Shown: positions 12,371 through 24,859, numbered from the stretch's first letter. The stretch is DNA of 64,000 nt from the human T2T-CHM13v2.0 reference genome, Homo sapiens (GCF_009914755.1 NC_060948.1); one strand, 5' to 3'. The notes: a model not told the origin generated them from the sequence alone. Translations and numbers: made by a program.

Positions 12371-14229
12371 AAAGCCTCTGTGATGGCCTCCCATACAGAT
12401 GTGACACAGCTTAGGAGGAATCCCAGGCTGCAGGTATTCCTTGGCTCTGTGGACAGATTTCTGGCACTTGAAGCAAGATCCTGGGGTAGGAGTTCCTGGA
12501 GGAACACTTGGCCACTGCAGTTCAGGCATTTGGAAGTTCTTGTGTGCTGAAGATGTGGCTGGGGTTTGTCTCACAGTGGAAACAAGGAATTGCAACTCAG
12601 AAATATGTTGTTACTTGGCTGCCTCTACACTATTATTGTAAACCTTGAAGATGAGGCTAATTAAGTCCTGTTGTGGGGTTTGAGGGCTGGAATTTAATTT
12701 TTGGAGTTTTATTTAATGTCAGGAGCTGACTGAGTAATAAAATGTATACTAAGAATAAGACAGTCTTTTGACCTTTTAGGGTCTAGGGCTGCAAAGTGTC
12801 TCTGGGTTGCTGCCAAATGAGGCATGAACTGGGCTGGGTTTTTCTATTTGATGAAAAAGAGCCTAAATGCTAACTGATTTTGGAGAAGTCAGATAAAGAA
12901 AAAGGAGCATTAACCTTGACTGTGCCTTTAGCTCCAGTCACCTTTTTAAGAGGAAAGTGCTAGTCATGTAGGGGAGAGCTAGTCGTGGAAAGAAACTGTG
13001 AGCCAGACTGGAACAAAACTGTAAGCCAGACAGGGTTTGAGGAGGGGAGGTGATAAAAGGATTATAGGGTGCATGAGCAGAGGCTGAGGAAGAATTGGGA
13101 CCTGGCTTGGCCTGGTGAGGAGCAGCCTGGGGAGGAGGGGAGAGGTCAGATGGGTCCATAGAAAGGAAGATTGGAAAGACTCAGTGACACTTGGGATTGG
13201 GACTGAGGGGACAGGCAGGAGGGAAAGAAGCAAGATTTGGGACTAGTTGCATTGGGAACAGAGACTAGGGAGGGACCAATGTGTGAAAGAATGCCTGGAC
13301 ATCAGGCACCTCAGACCATTTGCCCATTTTATGACAAGAACTCATTAGATCTTATAGGATGGAAAAATCAAGAGTGCCATTTTCTGGCTATTTGGAACCA
13401 CTATTGTGTTTGTATTGAGGTCAAGAGGCATTGCAGAAGAAAATAAGGCATTTAGGTTTTAGGTTAGGTGTGAGTTGAAGAGGTTTTAAATTGTTGAGAA
13501 TACAGTCTAAAGGAGAAGAAGGAGGAATGGAGGGTGGAAGTTTGCCCATAGTGAAGGAGGCAAGTCCAGAGAAAAAAGAGTATAGAGACATAGAGAGAAG
13601 GTGTGGGGGATACCTGCCCCCCAGGAAAGTGGAGAAGGGGTGGAGACAGGGAGAGAAGGGGCAGGAGGTGCTTGCCCCCTAGAAAAGTGGAAAAGGGATG
13701 GGTAGAGATGTGGAGAGAAGGGGTGAGTGAACAGCCCTGGGCTGCCTGTGGGTGTACATCCAAAGCAGGCATCCCCACAACTGACTTGCCACAAAAGGAA
13801 TGTGGTTAAATGACCAAGGCAGGCATCCCTGTGGTGATCAGACATCAATGAAATGTGGGTGAATAATCAGGCAGGTGTCCCCGCATGATTAAATACCTAG
13901 GGAAGACTGTCTTCCTAAGTCTGTGACCAGGGCCAGAGTTTTGGGTCCACAGAAAAAACACATCTCCTTTGTCTCTACCAGAAAAGGAAAGGAACTGAAA
14001 TTAAGGGAAGGGAGAGACTGAAGTGTGGCCCCAAGATTGAAATGGAAAGAGGTTGACGGATAGTGAGAGAGGTTGGAGAAGAGAGTAAAAAGAGGCCGTT
14101 AACCCGATTTAAAATTGGTGAGATATTCCTTGGGCTGGTTGATCTGAGGACCAGAGGTTGTATGTTGATCTTTCTCATGGAGAAAAGAGCAGGAGGACAG
14201 GGGATTGATCTCCCAAGGAATGTTACCCA

Positions 14230-14247
14230 GTCTGGGTCATGGCACCA
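14230..14247 (-). promoter_or_regulatory. tRNA-His primer binding site of HERV-H
   Basis: Minus strand TGGTGCCATGACCCAGAC directly after the LTR, a decayed TGGTGCCGTGACTCGGAT. Confidence 0.85.
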
Positions 14248-14249
14248 GA

Positions 14250-14630
14250 TGTCATGCACATCCGTGTGAAGAGACCACTAAACAGACTTTATGTGAGCAA
14301 CAAAGCTGTTTATTTCACCTGGGTGCAGGTGGGCTGAGTCTGAAAAGAGAGTCAGTGAAGGGAGATGGGGTGGGGTTGTTTTATAGGATTTGGGTAGGTA
14401 ATGAAAAATTACAGTCAAAGTGGGTAGTTCTCTGGTGGGCAGGGACAGGGGTCACGAGTTGCTCAGTAGGGGAGCTTCTGAGCCAGGAGAAGGAATTTCA
14501 CAAGGTAAAGTCATTAGTTAAGGCAGGAACAAGCCATTTTCACTTCTTTTGTGATTCTTCAGGCCGTCTGGATGAATACATGCAGGTCACAGAGGATATA
14601 ATGGCTTAGCTTGGGCTCAGAGGCCTGACA
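14250..14630 (-). mobile_element. LTR7 (LTR7B-like) 5' LTR of HERV-H
   Basis: Minus strand TGTCAGGCCTCTGAGCCCAAGCTAAGCC...CATGACA, 381 bp; TATAAAA at 14385-14379 and AATAAA at 14314-14309. Confidence 0.92.
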
Positions 14631-17331
14631 CTAACAATGGTTACTTTACTTTTGAAATACTAGAGCCCTTTCCCCACTACTCTTTATGAACACAGAGATC
14701 ACCTGGAAAAAGTCTGTGCACTTAACCCTTTTACTAGATGACCTTGGGTGTAGGAGAAAAAAAGCTCCATGTCCTGGAGCAATCAATATTTGGAAAGTAA
14801 AATCACAGGAGAAATAGGGTGTCATACAAGTCGCTACTAATTTCCTTGACAAACACTTTTTTGAAGAGCAATGTTAACTATCTGAAATCACTGTTTTCTC
14901 CATCCCAGAAGACTTCTAGAGAGGGTTCCTTTCAAAATTGGAAGTCCGGGTTCTGGGAGTCCGGGTTCTAGTGGAATGCTGTCACCATGAGATCCTGTGA
15001 TGCACTAGCCCAGGAATGATGTCAATAGTCAAGCAGAGCCCTGTGCCTGTTCTCTTCCTGGCACAGAGGCACATCCAACTGAAGCAGTCCTCCCCAAATT
15101 GCATCCTGGGCTTTGGGAAAGCCTTTGTGAATGAGATCATTGAAGTGGATAGATGAAAATGAGGTTGTTCTGAAACTGGCAGGGCCTGCAAAGGATTCCT
15201 GGGGGGAATTCCTCTGCGAAGAAAACAAGGTAAGGTACCTAAAGCCCAATGAGAGCCCTCCTGCTTAATAATGAAAGACAGAAAGCTGCGCTTTCTTCAC
15301 CTCACCTCCCTTACTACCCCATAAAACAAAACTTGCCAGGATGCTTCAAAAGCCAAGTGGTGCAACAAGTCACTTTGCCAAATGTGGTCTTTGAAGTCAG
15401 GGGACTCACCTCCTGCAAATGCCATTCTGTGTCTGCTCATCCACACAGGAAACTTTGCAATGAGAATGTTTACACTAGCCCTCCATAAAGCACAGAGTTA
15501 CAACCCATCAGGAGGTATACAATCAGCAACCAGGATGCACTATCTGCTCTGGGCTTAGAGGCATGTCTCTGCATACCTGAGACAATGAATGTGGTGAAAG
15601 GGTTTTGATTTCCATCTTGCATGTGGAATCTCATTCCCTCTTAGACATAATGAGTAATGGGGTCATCTACACCTCCCTTGAAAAAAAATGTTCTGAGATC
15701 ACACTGTAGCTCCTCATCCTCTGGGAATCATTGATATCTGTTAGATATTATAGAAAGCAATAGAGTTGACAGTACCCCCTTCCCCTGTCCTCAAGCTAAG
15801 TGATAATATCTGGCACCCTGACAGGTGTCAAAATGCTTTGTTGATCTGACTTCTGGAATCCATTTAATCCCTAACTGGGCTTCCCACAATACCAGTGCTC
15901 TGACTTCAGTGAGATTTGTAATATACACCTGTCTCTGAGGATGGCTCAACTCCCCTGGCCCCCAAGGTATTCCAAGTATTCTATCTCTTCTAATTTCTCC
16001 TGAAATTCCTTAACTTCCATTACACATCCTGTAATTCAGCCTAGATGACCAGATTCAGATTTGCACCTGTCAATCAGCCTTTCATGTTCTTAATGGAGAG
16101 AATGGAAAACATTCCATTCTTACCAGACAATTCCTCTCCATGCCCCAGAGCTGGCAGAGCACCTAATTGTGATGCTGGATAAAGTGGGTCTCCAGGGGCA
16201 CTGGGCAGCTACAGTTTTGAGGACAAGACCCACACACAGCCAGTGGGCCTCAGGGCAAGGGCACTGTGGGGTGTAAGACTCTACCCAGTAAAATTAGAGC
16301 CTTCAAACCCATAACTCCTCCAATTTGAAACCTCCAATTGCCTCTGGAAGATACTGCTGCTTTCTTCTCTAAGAAAGCACCTTTTGTCTGGTGAGAGTAA
16401 TAATTGTGTGTGGGAAGTCCCTTACCACGTGGTGTTCAGACATTGGAGAAAGGGAAAGGGAGTCATCACTCTGACAGCCAGGAGAGATCTGTGAAGCTGA
16501 TGGAATTTCAGAGTGCAGGGTGTCCTTTTCATACAGTAGACCTGAGTGTGTGCTGCTCACATTCCAAAACAAAAGGACAGGGGAGGTGAGGACCTATATA
16601 GAGAGCCACTGCCTATATAAATCAGCTTTCCTTGCAAACCATAAAACCAAGGAACAATAGAGCTGTGAACCCTGGGAAGCATTTTGATTTTGTATTCTTT
16701 CACAGCTGTCTCATTAACAAATCAACATCTCCAGGAGAGCATATCTTAAATGTAAAGCGAACAGCTAATGTTCCTAAACTATCTCTTATTTTAAGGCCAT
16801 AGGAAACCTTTTATGGGGAGTATCTTCCCAAACTCCTGTACATGACAAAAGCTCTGGACAGAAGATAGAAAGACTGGGTCACCCTGGACCCCCTCAGTGA
16901 GGTGGTTGGGTTATGTTCTGTTGAGAAACCATGGAGTGATTACATGAAGAAAGCCTCTCCTCTTTACTGGTGTCAAGAAAAACATTAGATAAGAAATGGC
17001 AACTGGGGAAAAGAGGGGTGAATTGTTGTTTAATTTTTAACACACACTGCATAATCTATTAGTATGGTTGTTCCCTGCCACAGATGTTTCAAGCATTAAT
17101 TGAATAAAGGGGTGGTTTCACCAAGTTTGTCAAAGTGATTTGTTGTACTGTTTGGTGTTTGAAGAATCCTGGATATTTTATCTCCAAACAGAATGGTCCT
17201 TTGTGATTGGTGAGAATAGTTTGAGATTACATAGTCATGGAGCCTCAGAAGGACAAGTTTGTGTTTTTCAAATGATTAGATCCAATCTGTGGGTATTTGG
17301 TAGGTTGCCAATATGTTTCTTTAAATGTGTC

Positions 17332-17655
<324 letters not shown>

Positions 17656-17708
17656 GTGCTCAGGCATCATTTCTAATTTAAGCAGGCAATTTCTTTGGAA
17701 AACCAAAT

Positions 17709-18186
17709 TGTTATAAATAAAGTTTCAGTGCCTAAAAAGAAACAGCACTTGAATATAAAATTGTCTTTTTAATTCTCAGCAAGACAAGGTACTTCTATAG
17801 AAGGGTGTGCTCTCAATGATGGAGCAATGGTGGGCACACACCTGGACAAGAGAGGGGATGGGGTTCTTATCCATGACGCATGTGGCCCCTGCTGCTGTGT
17901 CATTCCCCTATTGTTTAGGGTTAGATCACACAGGCTAAACTAATTCCAACTGGCTAATTTAAAGACAATGATGGGGTAAGCACTTTGGTGGGAGTCAGGG
18001 CAGAGCAGGTAGCAGGTAATCAGAATGAGTTAGGGTGGAGCAGGTGATCAGAATGAGTCGGGGGGGGGGGTAGGTAAATGAAAAAGGTTGCTTTACAAGG
18101 AATTTAAGTTTCAAAGTAGAAGGCAAAGAATTGAACATACTGACATATTAATTATCTGAAGAGAAATTTAGAATTCATATTCAACA
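17709..18186 (-). mobile_element. Solo LTR10 (LTR10F-like, HERV-I group)
   Basis: Minus strand TGTTGAATATGAATTCTAAATTTCTCTTCA...; internal ACCTGCTCCACCCT repeats; TG/CA ends; 4-bp TSD AAAT at 17705-17708 and 18187-18190. Confidence 0.8.
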
Positions 18187-18659
18187 AAATGCAAAGGAAA
18201 CCACATAGAATCATATGGAAAAACTCCTACACCTAAAATATGCTTGTGTGAAAAGAAAAATATATATATTTTATGCTTTATGCTCCATTAAAAACCGCTG
18301 GATCCTTTCTCACTGTTAAATCTACCATTAGCTTAAAAAGTTAATCTGACATTATTAAAAACTAAGATGGTTAAAAATGAAACGGGTAGATAAAATACAT
18401 AGAACATATGGTTATCTACTTTAGAATTGTTAGGCAGGTTGCTAAGGAGCCCTTGTAGCAGGACTAGTGGGAATCCTTGAGATCATGACCCATATTGCCA
18501 GGCATAGTCCCCAATGCACAGGCATGGAGTCTTTAAAGTTAAAGTTTATTTAAAGAAAAACAATAATGGCAACAACTAAAATATGGTGAAAGCTATACAA
18601 TAAAAATATATAAGCAGAGGAAACAAAGTGCAATTTATAGACTTGAACTGATTCTGAAA

Positions 18660-18925
18660 CAAAAGGAGAACAGGAGGAGGAGAACAAGAAAGAGAAGGAG
18701 GAGAAGAAAGGGGCAGGGGAGAGAAAGAGAAGAGATAGGAGGAGGAGAAGGTGGAAGAGGAAAGAGAGAAGGATGCAAAGGAGAAGGAAGGGAGGGAGAA
18801 GTGGAAGGAGGAGGAAGAGGAGGAGAAGGGAGAGGAAGACAGGAGAAGAAGAGAGGAGAAGAAAGGCGAAAGAGAGAAGGAAGAAGTGGGGTGAAAAGAG
18901 GAAGGAAATAGGAGAATAAAATAAA
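18660..18925 (+). repeat. Polypurine (GA-rich) low-complexity tract; a second tract lies at ~19243-19372
   Basis: Nearly pure A/G runs of GGA and GAA units. Confidence 0.9.
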
Positions 18926-18931
18926 ATAGAG

Positions 18932-19220
18932 GGCCCAGTGAAATTACTCACCCCTGTAATCCCAACACTTTGGGAGGCTGAGCTGGGTGGATCCATTGAG
19001 GCTAGAAGTTTGAGACCAGCCTGGGCAACATGATGAAACCCTGTCTACTAAAAATACAAAAATTAGCCTGATGTGATTGCTCACACCTCTAATCCCAGCT
19101 ACTCAGGAGCCTGAGGCAGGAGACATTTTTGACTCAGGAGGCAAAGTTTGCAGGGAGCCAAGGTTATGCCACCACACTCCAATCTGGCTGACAGAATGAG
19201 ACCCCATCTCAGAAAAAAAG
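18932..19220 (+). mobile_element. Alu (J/S type)
   Basis: Dimeric Alu similarity with A tail. Confidence 0.88.
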
Positions 19221-19396
19221 AAACTGCAGGTCCTGCCATCCAGGAAGAGAAAGAAGAGGGTGAGGATAGGGAAGGTGAGAGAAGGAGGAGGAATAGAATG
19301 GGGAGAAGATGGAGGAAGAAAAGAAGGAGAACAAGGAGGAAGAGAAGGAGCATGGATAGGAAGAGGAAAAAGATGACTATCGAATGCACTAATTTT

Positions 19397-19676
19397 AGGT
19401 GGGGAGTAGTGGCTCATGCTTGTAATCCTAGCACTTTGGGAGGCCGAGGCAGGTGGGTAATTTGAGGTCAGGAGTTCAAGACCAACCTGGCACACATGGT
19501 GAAATCTTGCCTTTACTAAAAATACAAAAATTAACTTGTTGTAGTGGCACATGTCTGTAATCCCAGCTCTCAGGAGGCTGAGGCAGGAGAATCGCTTGAG
19601 ATTGGGGGTCAGAGGTTGCAGTGAGCACAGATTGAGCCACTGCACTCCATTCTGGGCAAAAGAGTGAGAAAAAAAC
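19397..19676 (+). mobile_element. AluS element
   Basis: Dimeric Alu; TSD CACTAATTTTAG on both sides. Confidence 0.9.
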
Positions 19677-20809
19677 CCACTAATTTTAGAACAATTGGGA
19701 ATATTTCAATGAGCACCGCATCACAGAAGATGATATTGAATCATTGTTATTTTTCATATGTGTGACAATGCTAAAGCAGAAGAAATTCCTCCTTTGAAAA
19801 CTCAGGCTGCAGGTGTGAGGGAAACTAAGAGTAAAATTGTCCAAACTTGAACAAACAGAAATCAAAAAATCTCAGCTAAAAGGGCCATAGGAAGAATGTC
19901 TAATGAGGGGCCATGCTGTTCTATCCCCAGGGCAGCAGGTAAGGATCAATAGGGTAGGGGAATCTTGAGGTCAGACAAGAAAGAGAAGCTCACAATGTGT
20001 GGAAGAGTTCAGCAGTGGATACACCAAATGGATAAAGACACCAGTACAAAAGCAGGACAGAAACAGGTGAGATGACCCATTTGTGGATCTATAAATAGTT
20101 CCAAACAGCTCTGTACCTCCTCAGGCAAGCAGGTGGAGGAACTGGGTGACAAGAAGTCTGTTATTAGATGAAACCATGAATTCAAGCAACTCCTGTTCCT
20201 GAAATGGAAATCTTGATGTCATGCAATGTAGCTTTTCTCAGGCTATGTATAAAAGCAACACCTGAGCATATAGGTTCCAATTAAAATTATGCAAATAAAA
20301 TGAACTCTCACAACACAAATTCATGAGGATTGCTGACTAGTTGCTATTCTGAGTGACTCTCTATGAGCAGGAACAATTCATGCCCTTATGGTATTACCAG
20401 GGAGTGGATCTAGTCCATTCCTCCATGAATTGACGCAATCCCTGAGCACTTACTTTGAAACCTATGGTTCTAGAAGACTCTGCAAAAATTGGCGGATAAA
20501 AGAAAGAATGTGAAGGCCCCATCAGCTGAGAACTTCAAATGAGGATATAGGAATGAGATGGACACACACAAAAAGATTCAAAGACAACAAATGTGAAATT
20601 TGAAGTAATATACTGAACACTGCAGATAAATATCTCTGAGTTATTATTTTGAAGACACTTTATAAAGACTATAATAGATAGTCTTTATTTGTTATAGACT
20701 TATACTACAGGTGTTCCTCTGTGAAGGAGAATGGATTCCATGTAATGATCCTTCATGGGGATAGAGAGTCTTAAGGTTAATCACACTGAGGGATTAAAAA
20801 CGTAGGACA

Positions 20810-21127
20810 GGCTGGGAGCAGTGGCTTATGTCTGTAATCCCAACACTTTGGGAAGCCAAGATGGCAGGATCACTAGAGCCCAGGAGTTTGAGACCAGCCT
20901 GTGCAACATCTACAAGACTCCCATATCTACAAGAAAAAAAAAAAAAAAAGAGCCAGACATGGTAGTGTGCATCTGTAGTCCCAGCTGCCCATGAAGCAGA
21001 GGTGGGAGGGTCACTTGGACTCAGATTAAGGCTGCAGTAAACTATGATCATACCACTGCACTCCTGCCTGGGTGACAGAGCAAGACCTTGTCTCAAAAAA
21101 AAAAAAAAAAAAAGAAAAGAAAAAAAG
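20810..21127 (+). mobile_element. AluJ element
   Basis: GAGCCCAGGAGTTTGAGACCAGCC AluJ diagnostics and poly-A tail. Confidence 0.88.
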
Positions 21128-21384
21128 ACAGATGTTGCTGGATGAAAAGTGGGATTAGGTGGGTGGAAGTGAGGAAGCACAGGACATCTTTGGGGGAAAT
21201 CACAGGGAGCCCATGAGACAGAATCCAGAGCTGTAGAAGGGAAGTTAGCACAAACATTGGCCTAAGCCCTTCTCGTAAGGGGCTGCAATGTAAAATGAAA
21301 CCTTTCATACTACAAGAGACTCCAAGGACTCCTTATCCAGACCAATAAGGAGAAATCTAGCAGATTTGGAATCTTAAATTCCTT

Positions 21385-22000
21385 CTAAGAGGCAGAAAAT
21401 ATAAGACACAGACACAGCGGAGAAGACCATGTGCAGATGAAAGTAGAGACTCCAGTGATATAACCACAAGCCCAGGGATGCCTGGAGCCCCCAGGAGCTG
21501 GGAGAGGCAGGAAGCATCCTCCCTTAGCATCTCTGGAAAGAACTGGTTACAATTATAGTGAATGGAACAGCTGCCTCCAGAAAAGATAAATCCACATCAC
21601 AAAGCCCAGAACCTGGAATATGACCTTATTTAGAAAAACAGTCTTTACAGATTTGTAATTAAAGTCAGATCTGGAGATGAGATTATTCTGGCTTAGGATG
21701 GCCTTAATTGAATGACCAGTGTCCTTCTAAGGACAGAAGAGGAGACATGGAAACAGAAGACGATGCCATGTGGAACCAGAGGTGGAGACAAGTGACAAGG
21801 CCACAGCCTAGGGATGCCTGAAGCCCCCAGGAGCTAGGACACACAGGAAGGATCCTCCCCTGAAGCCTCCAAAGGCATGCCACCCTGTCCACACCTTGAT
21901 CTCAGACTCCCATTCTCCAGGACTTGGAAAGGATACAATTTTTATTATGCTAACCAACAAGTTTGTAGTAATTTCTTACAGCAGTCCTAGGAAACTAAAA
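21385..22000. mobile_element. MLT1 (MaLR) LTR with an internally repeated unit
   Basis: Two copies of CCACA(A)GCC..GGGATGCCTG.AGCCCCCAGGAGCT...CAGGAAG.ATCCTCCC; MLT1 end CAGCAGTCCTAGGAAACTAA. Confidence 0.75.
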
Positions 22001-22599
22001 CTAAGTACAGATTTGTGACACTATTGTGTTGATTTGCCTTTGCAGAGAAGTAGGTACTATCCAGGCAAGGGTTGAAACTGGCTGTAGACAGCTGGACTCA
22101 GAGCAGGAGAAAAGGCCAGGCTTTCCCTTGTCTCCTGGATGGACATGAGCTGTGGAAGTTGGCCAGTGACTGGCTGTAAAAAGGACAGGTTGGTGTGTTG
22201 ACCTGACAGACCTAATGCAAAGTCAAACAAAGCTTCAAAATCAATGCACCAGTTATTCCCAGCAAAATTCCATGAATGCATTGAAAATCTTCTATGTCTG
22301 TAATGTGGCTGACTCTGGCTGATGGGACTCTTTGCAAAGGGAGTATAAAATGTGTCTTGTGTTGCAAAACTTTTTAATATATCTTATCATTTGTGCCTTT
22401 CAAAAACCAAAGTGACTCTGCAGAGTTGGCCTGTCTCTACAATTTGGCTGAAAGACAGCCTACGGTACCCTTCCAAGAGGTTTTTCTTAGCTGATTGATT
22501 GGGAAGCATACAGGCACAGCCCCCTTCATGGAAGGAAGAGTCATTTTCTTCAATAAGTATATGACTGTGGCTGGCAGATTAAAGGGACACTACAATGGA

Positions 22600-24030
22600 G
22601 TTATTTGGATTCTTAAAGTTACCCAAAAAAATAAGCAAAGAAAATTCAAATAACCCCATCAAACAGTGGTCAAATGCCATGAACAGACATTTCTCAAAAA
22701 AAGATATACAAATGGCCAATAAACATGATGCTCAACGTGCCAACAAACATGTTCAAAATGCCAACATGCAAATTAAAGCCACAATGAGATATCAACTTAC
22801 CCTGCAAGAAAGGCCACTGGGGGAGGGATAGCATTAGGAGATATACCTAATGCTAAATGACGAGTTAATGGGTGCAGCACACCAACATGGCAGATGTATA
22901 CATATGTAACAAACCTGCACGCTGTGCACATGTACCCTAAAACCTAAAGTATAATAATAATAATTTTTTATTAACTTAAAATATAATAATAATTATTATT
23001 TATTATTATTATTTATTATTAACTTAAAGTATAAAAATAATAATAAATTATTATTATACTTTAGGTTTTAGGGTACATGTGCACAACGTGCAGGTTTGTT
23101 ATATATGTATACATCTGCCATGTTGGTGTGCTGCACCCATTAACTCGTCATTTAGCATTAGGGGACTATTAATCATGCTGCTATAAAGACACATGCACAC
23201 GTGTGTTTATTGTGGCACTATTCACAATAGCAAAGACTTGGAACCAACCCAAATGTCTAACAATGATAGACTGGATTAAGAAAATGTGGCACATATACAC
23301 CATGGAATACTATGCAGTCATAAAAAATAATAAAATTTTTTAAAAAATCAATAAATAAAATAAAAAGTCAAAAAACAATAAATGTTGGTGTGGATATGGT
23401 GAAAAGGGAGTGCTTGTATACTGCTGCTGGGAATGTAAATTGGTATATGGAAAAGAGTTGGAGATTTCTCAGAAAACTAAAAGTAGACCTACTATTTGAT
23501 CCAGCAATCTGACTACTGAATATCTACCCAAAGGAAAAGAAGCCATTATATGAAAAGGACACCTAAATGCATGTTTATTACAGCAGAATTCACAAATGCA
23601 AGATATGGAATCAACCTAAGTGACCATCAACCAATGAGTAAATAAAGAAAATATGGTATATATACAGCATAGAATACTACTCAGCCATAAAAATGAATGA
23701 AATAATGTCTTTGTGATGGGGCTGGAAGCCATTATTTTAAGTGAAGTAACTCAGGAATGGAAAACCAAATACCATAGGTTCTCACTTATAAGTGAGAGCT
23801 AAACAATGAGTATGCAAAGGCATACAGAATGGTAAAATAGACACTGGAGACTCAGAATCTGGGAGGGTGGGAGGGATGTGGGGGATAAATAACTACATAT
23901 TGGGTACAATATACACTACTCAGGTGACAGGTGCACTAAAATCTCAGACCACACCACTATACAATTCAACCATGTAGGCAAAAAATATTTGTATCCCAAA
24001 AAGCTATTGAAATAAAAAAACTATATATTT
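22600..24030 (+). mobile_element. L1PB-type 3' fragment, interrupted by a young L1PA cassette
   Basis: ORF2 C-terminal similarity (NNPIKQW...MNRHFSKKDIQMANKH) and 3' UTR ending AAGCTATTGAAATAAAA; the sequence continues across 22818-23360. Confidence 0.8.
22818..23360. mobile_element. Complex young L1PA (PA3-5-like) insertion containing a palindrome
   Basis: Sense 3' end 22818-22961, AT-rich spacer, inverted 3' end 23047-23162, then a sense upstream fragment 23163-~23330 with an A-rich tail. Confidence 0.88.
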
Positions 24031-24149
24031 TAAAAAGTTGCTGCAACTATAATTGATGTGATGTTTACTTTTATGTGACCACTTGACTAGAAACTGGTGA
24101 CAAGTTGTTTGCCTGGACACATAGACTATGTCTTGTTGGGAAGGAACTC

Positions 24150-24455
24150 TTTTGTTTCTTTGTTTTTGGTACAGGGTCTTGCTCTGTCACCTAGGCTGAA
24201 GAGCAGTGGTACAAAATATAGCTCACTCCAGCCTCAAACTTCTGGGCTCAAGCAATCCTCCTGCCTCAGCCTCCTGAGTAACTAGGACTACAGGTACATG
24301 ACACAATGCCTGGCTATTCTCAAAAAAAATTTATAGAGATGAATCTTTCTATGTTCTTCAGGTGGGTCTCACTATGTTGTCCAGACTACAAGTCATCCTC
24401 CTGACTCAGCCTCCCAAAGTGCGGGGATTACAGGTATGAGCCACCAAACCTAGCC
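24150..24455 (-). mobile_element. AluJ element
   Basis: Reverse-complement Alu similarity. Confidence 0.85.
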
Positions 24456-24485
24456 AAGGGAGGGGAATTTTTTTTTTTTTTTTTT

Positions 24486-24790
24486 GAGATGTGGTGAAAA
24501 TTTACAATCAGTAGAGTTTTAGTAAAGCACATTGCCCTCCATAACATGGGTGGGCCCCATCCAGCCAGTCGAAGTTCTTAAGCATAAAGACCAATGTTTT
24601 CCAAAGAAGGAAGAATTCAGCATCCAGACTAACATAAAAATTCAGCCTGGGTTTCCAGCAGTTAGACTCAAGGCTGTGTTATACACTATTTTCCCGGTCT
24701 CCAGCCAGCCAGTCTGTTCTACACATTGTTGCCAGCCTCTGGCCCAATCAAATAAACCTTTCTCCCTCTCTGTCTCTCCTCTCTCTCTGC
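24486..24790 (+). mobile_element. MLT2 (ERVL) LTR fragment
   Basis: AGTAAAGCACATTGCCCTCCATAACATGGGTGGGCCCCATCCA motif and AATAAACC followed by a (CT)n run. Confidence 0.65.
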
Positions 24791-24795
24791 ATATA

Positions 24796-24858
24796 TAGAT
24801 TGGTACAAAACTAATTAAAATTTTTGTCATTAAAAGTAATTTTGCACCAATTTAATAC
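24796..24858. mobile_element. MADE1 mariner-derived MITE (degenerate); a second partial copy lies at ~57573-57629
   Basis: TAGATTGGTACAAAACTAATT...AATTTTGCACCAATTTAATA inverted termini. Confidence 0.65.
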
Positions 24859-24859
24859 A

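Larger units (their letters stand above)
9877..14249 (-). mobile_element. HERV-H internal region (deleted type), 3'-truncated
   Basis: C-rich coding strand; gag knuckle CFKCQKSVHRAKE; protease LIVEGKSVPFLISTETTHFTLPSFQG; RNase H IHCKGHQKASHPIAQNNAYADK; integrase APAQDWQIDFTHMP. Confidence 0.9.

Noticed and set aside
18550-19465. Long Leu/Phe/Ser-rich and Arg/Glu-rich ORFs
   Set aside because: They are translations of the GA-rich low-complexity tracts and Alu sequence.
22818-23360. The full-length L1 at 40675-46667 as the source of the palindromic L1 pieces
   Set aside because: 3' UTR diagnostics differ (GGTTTGTTA/CATGTTGG against GGTCAGTTA/CATGCTGG).
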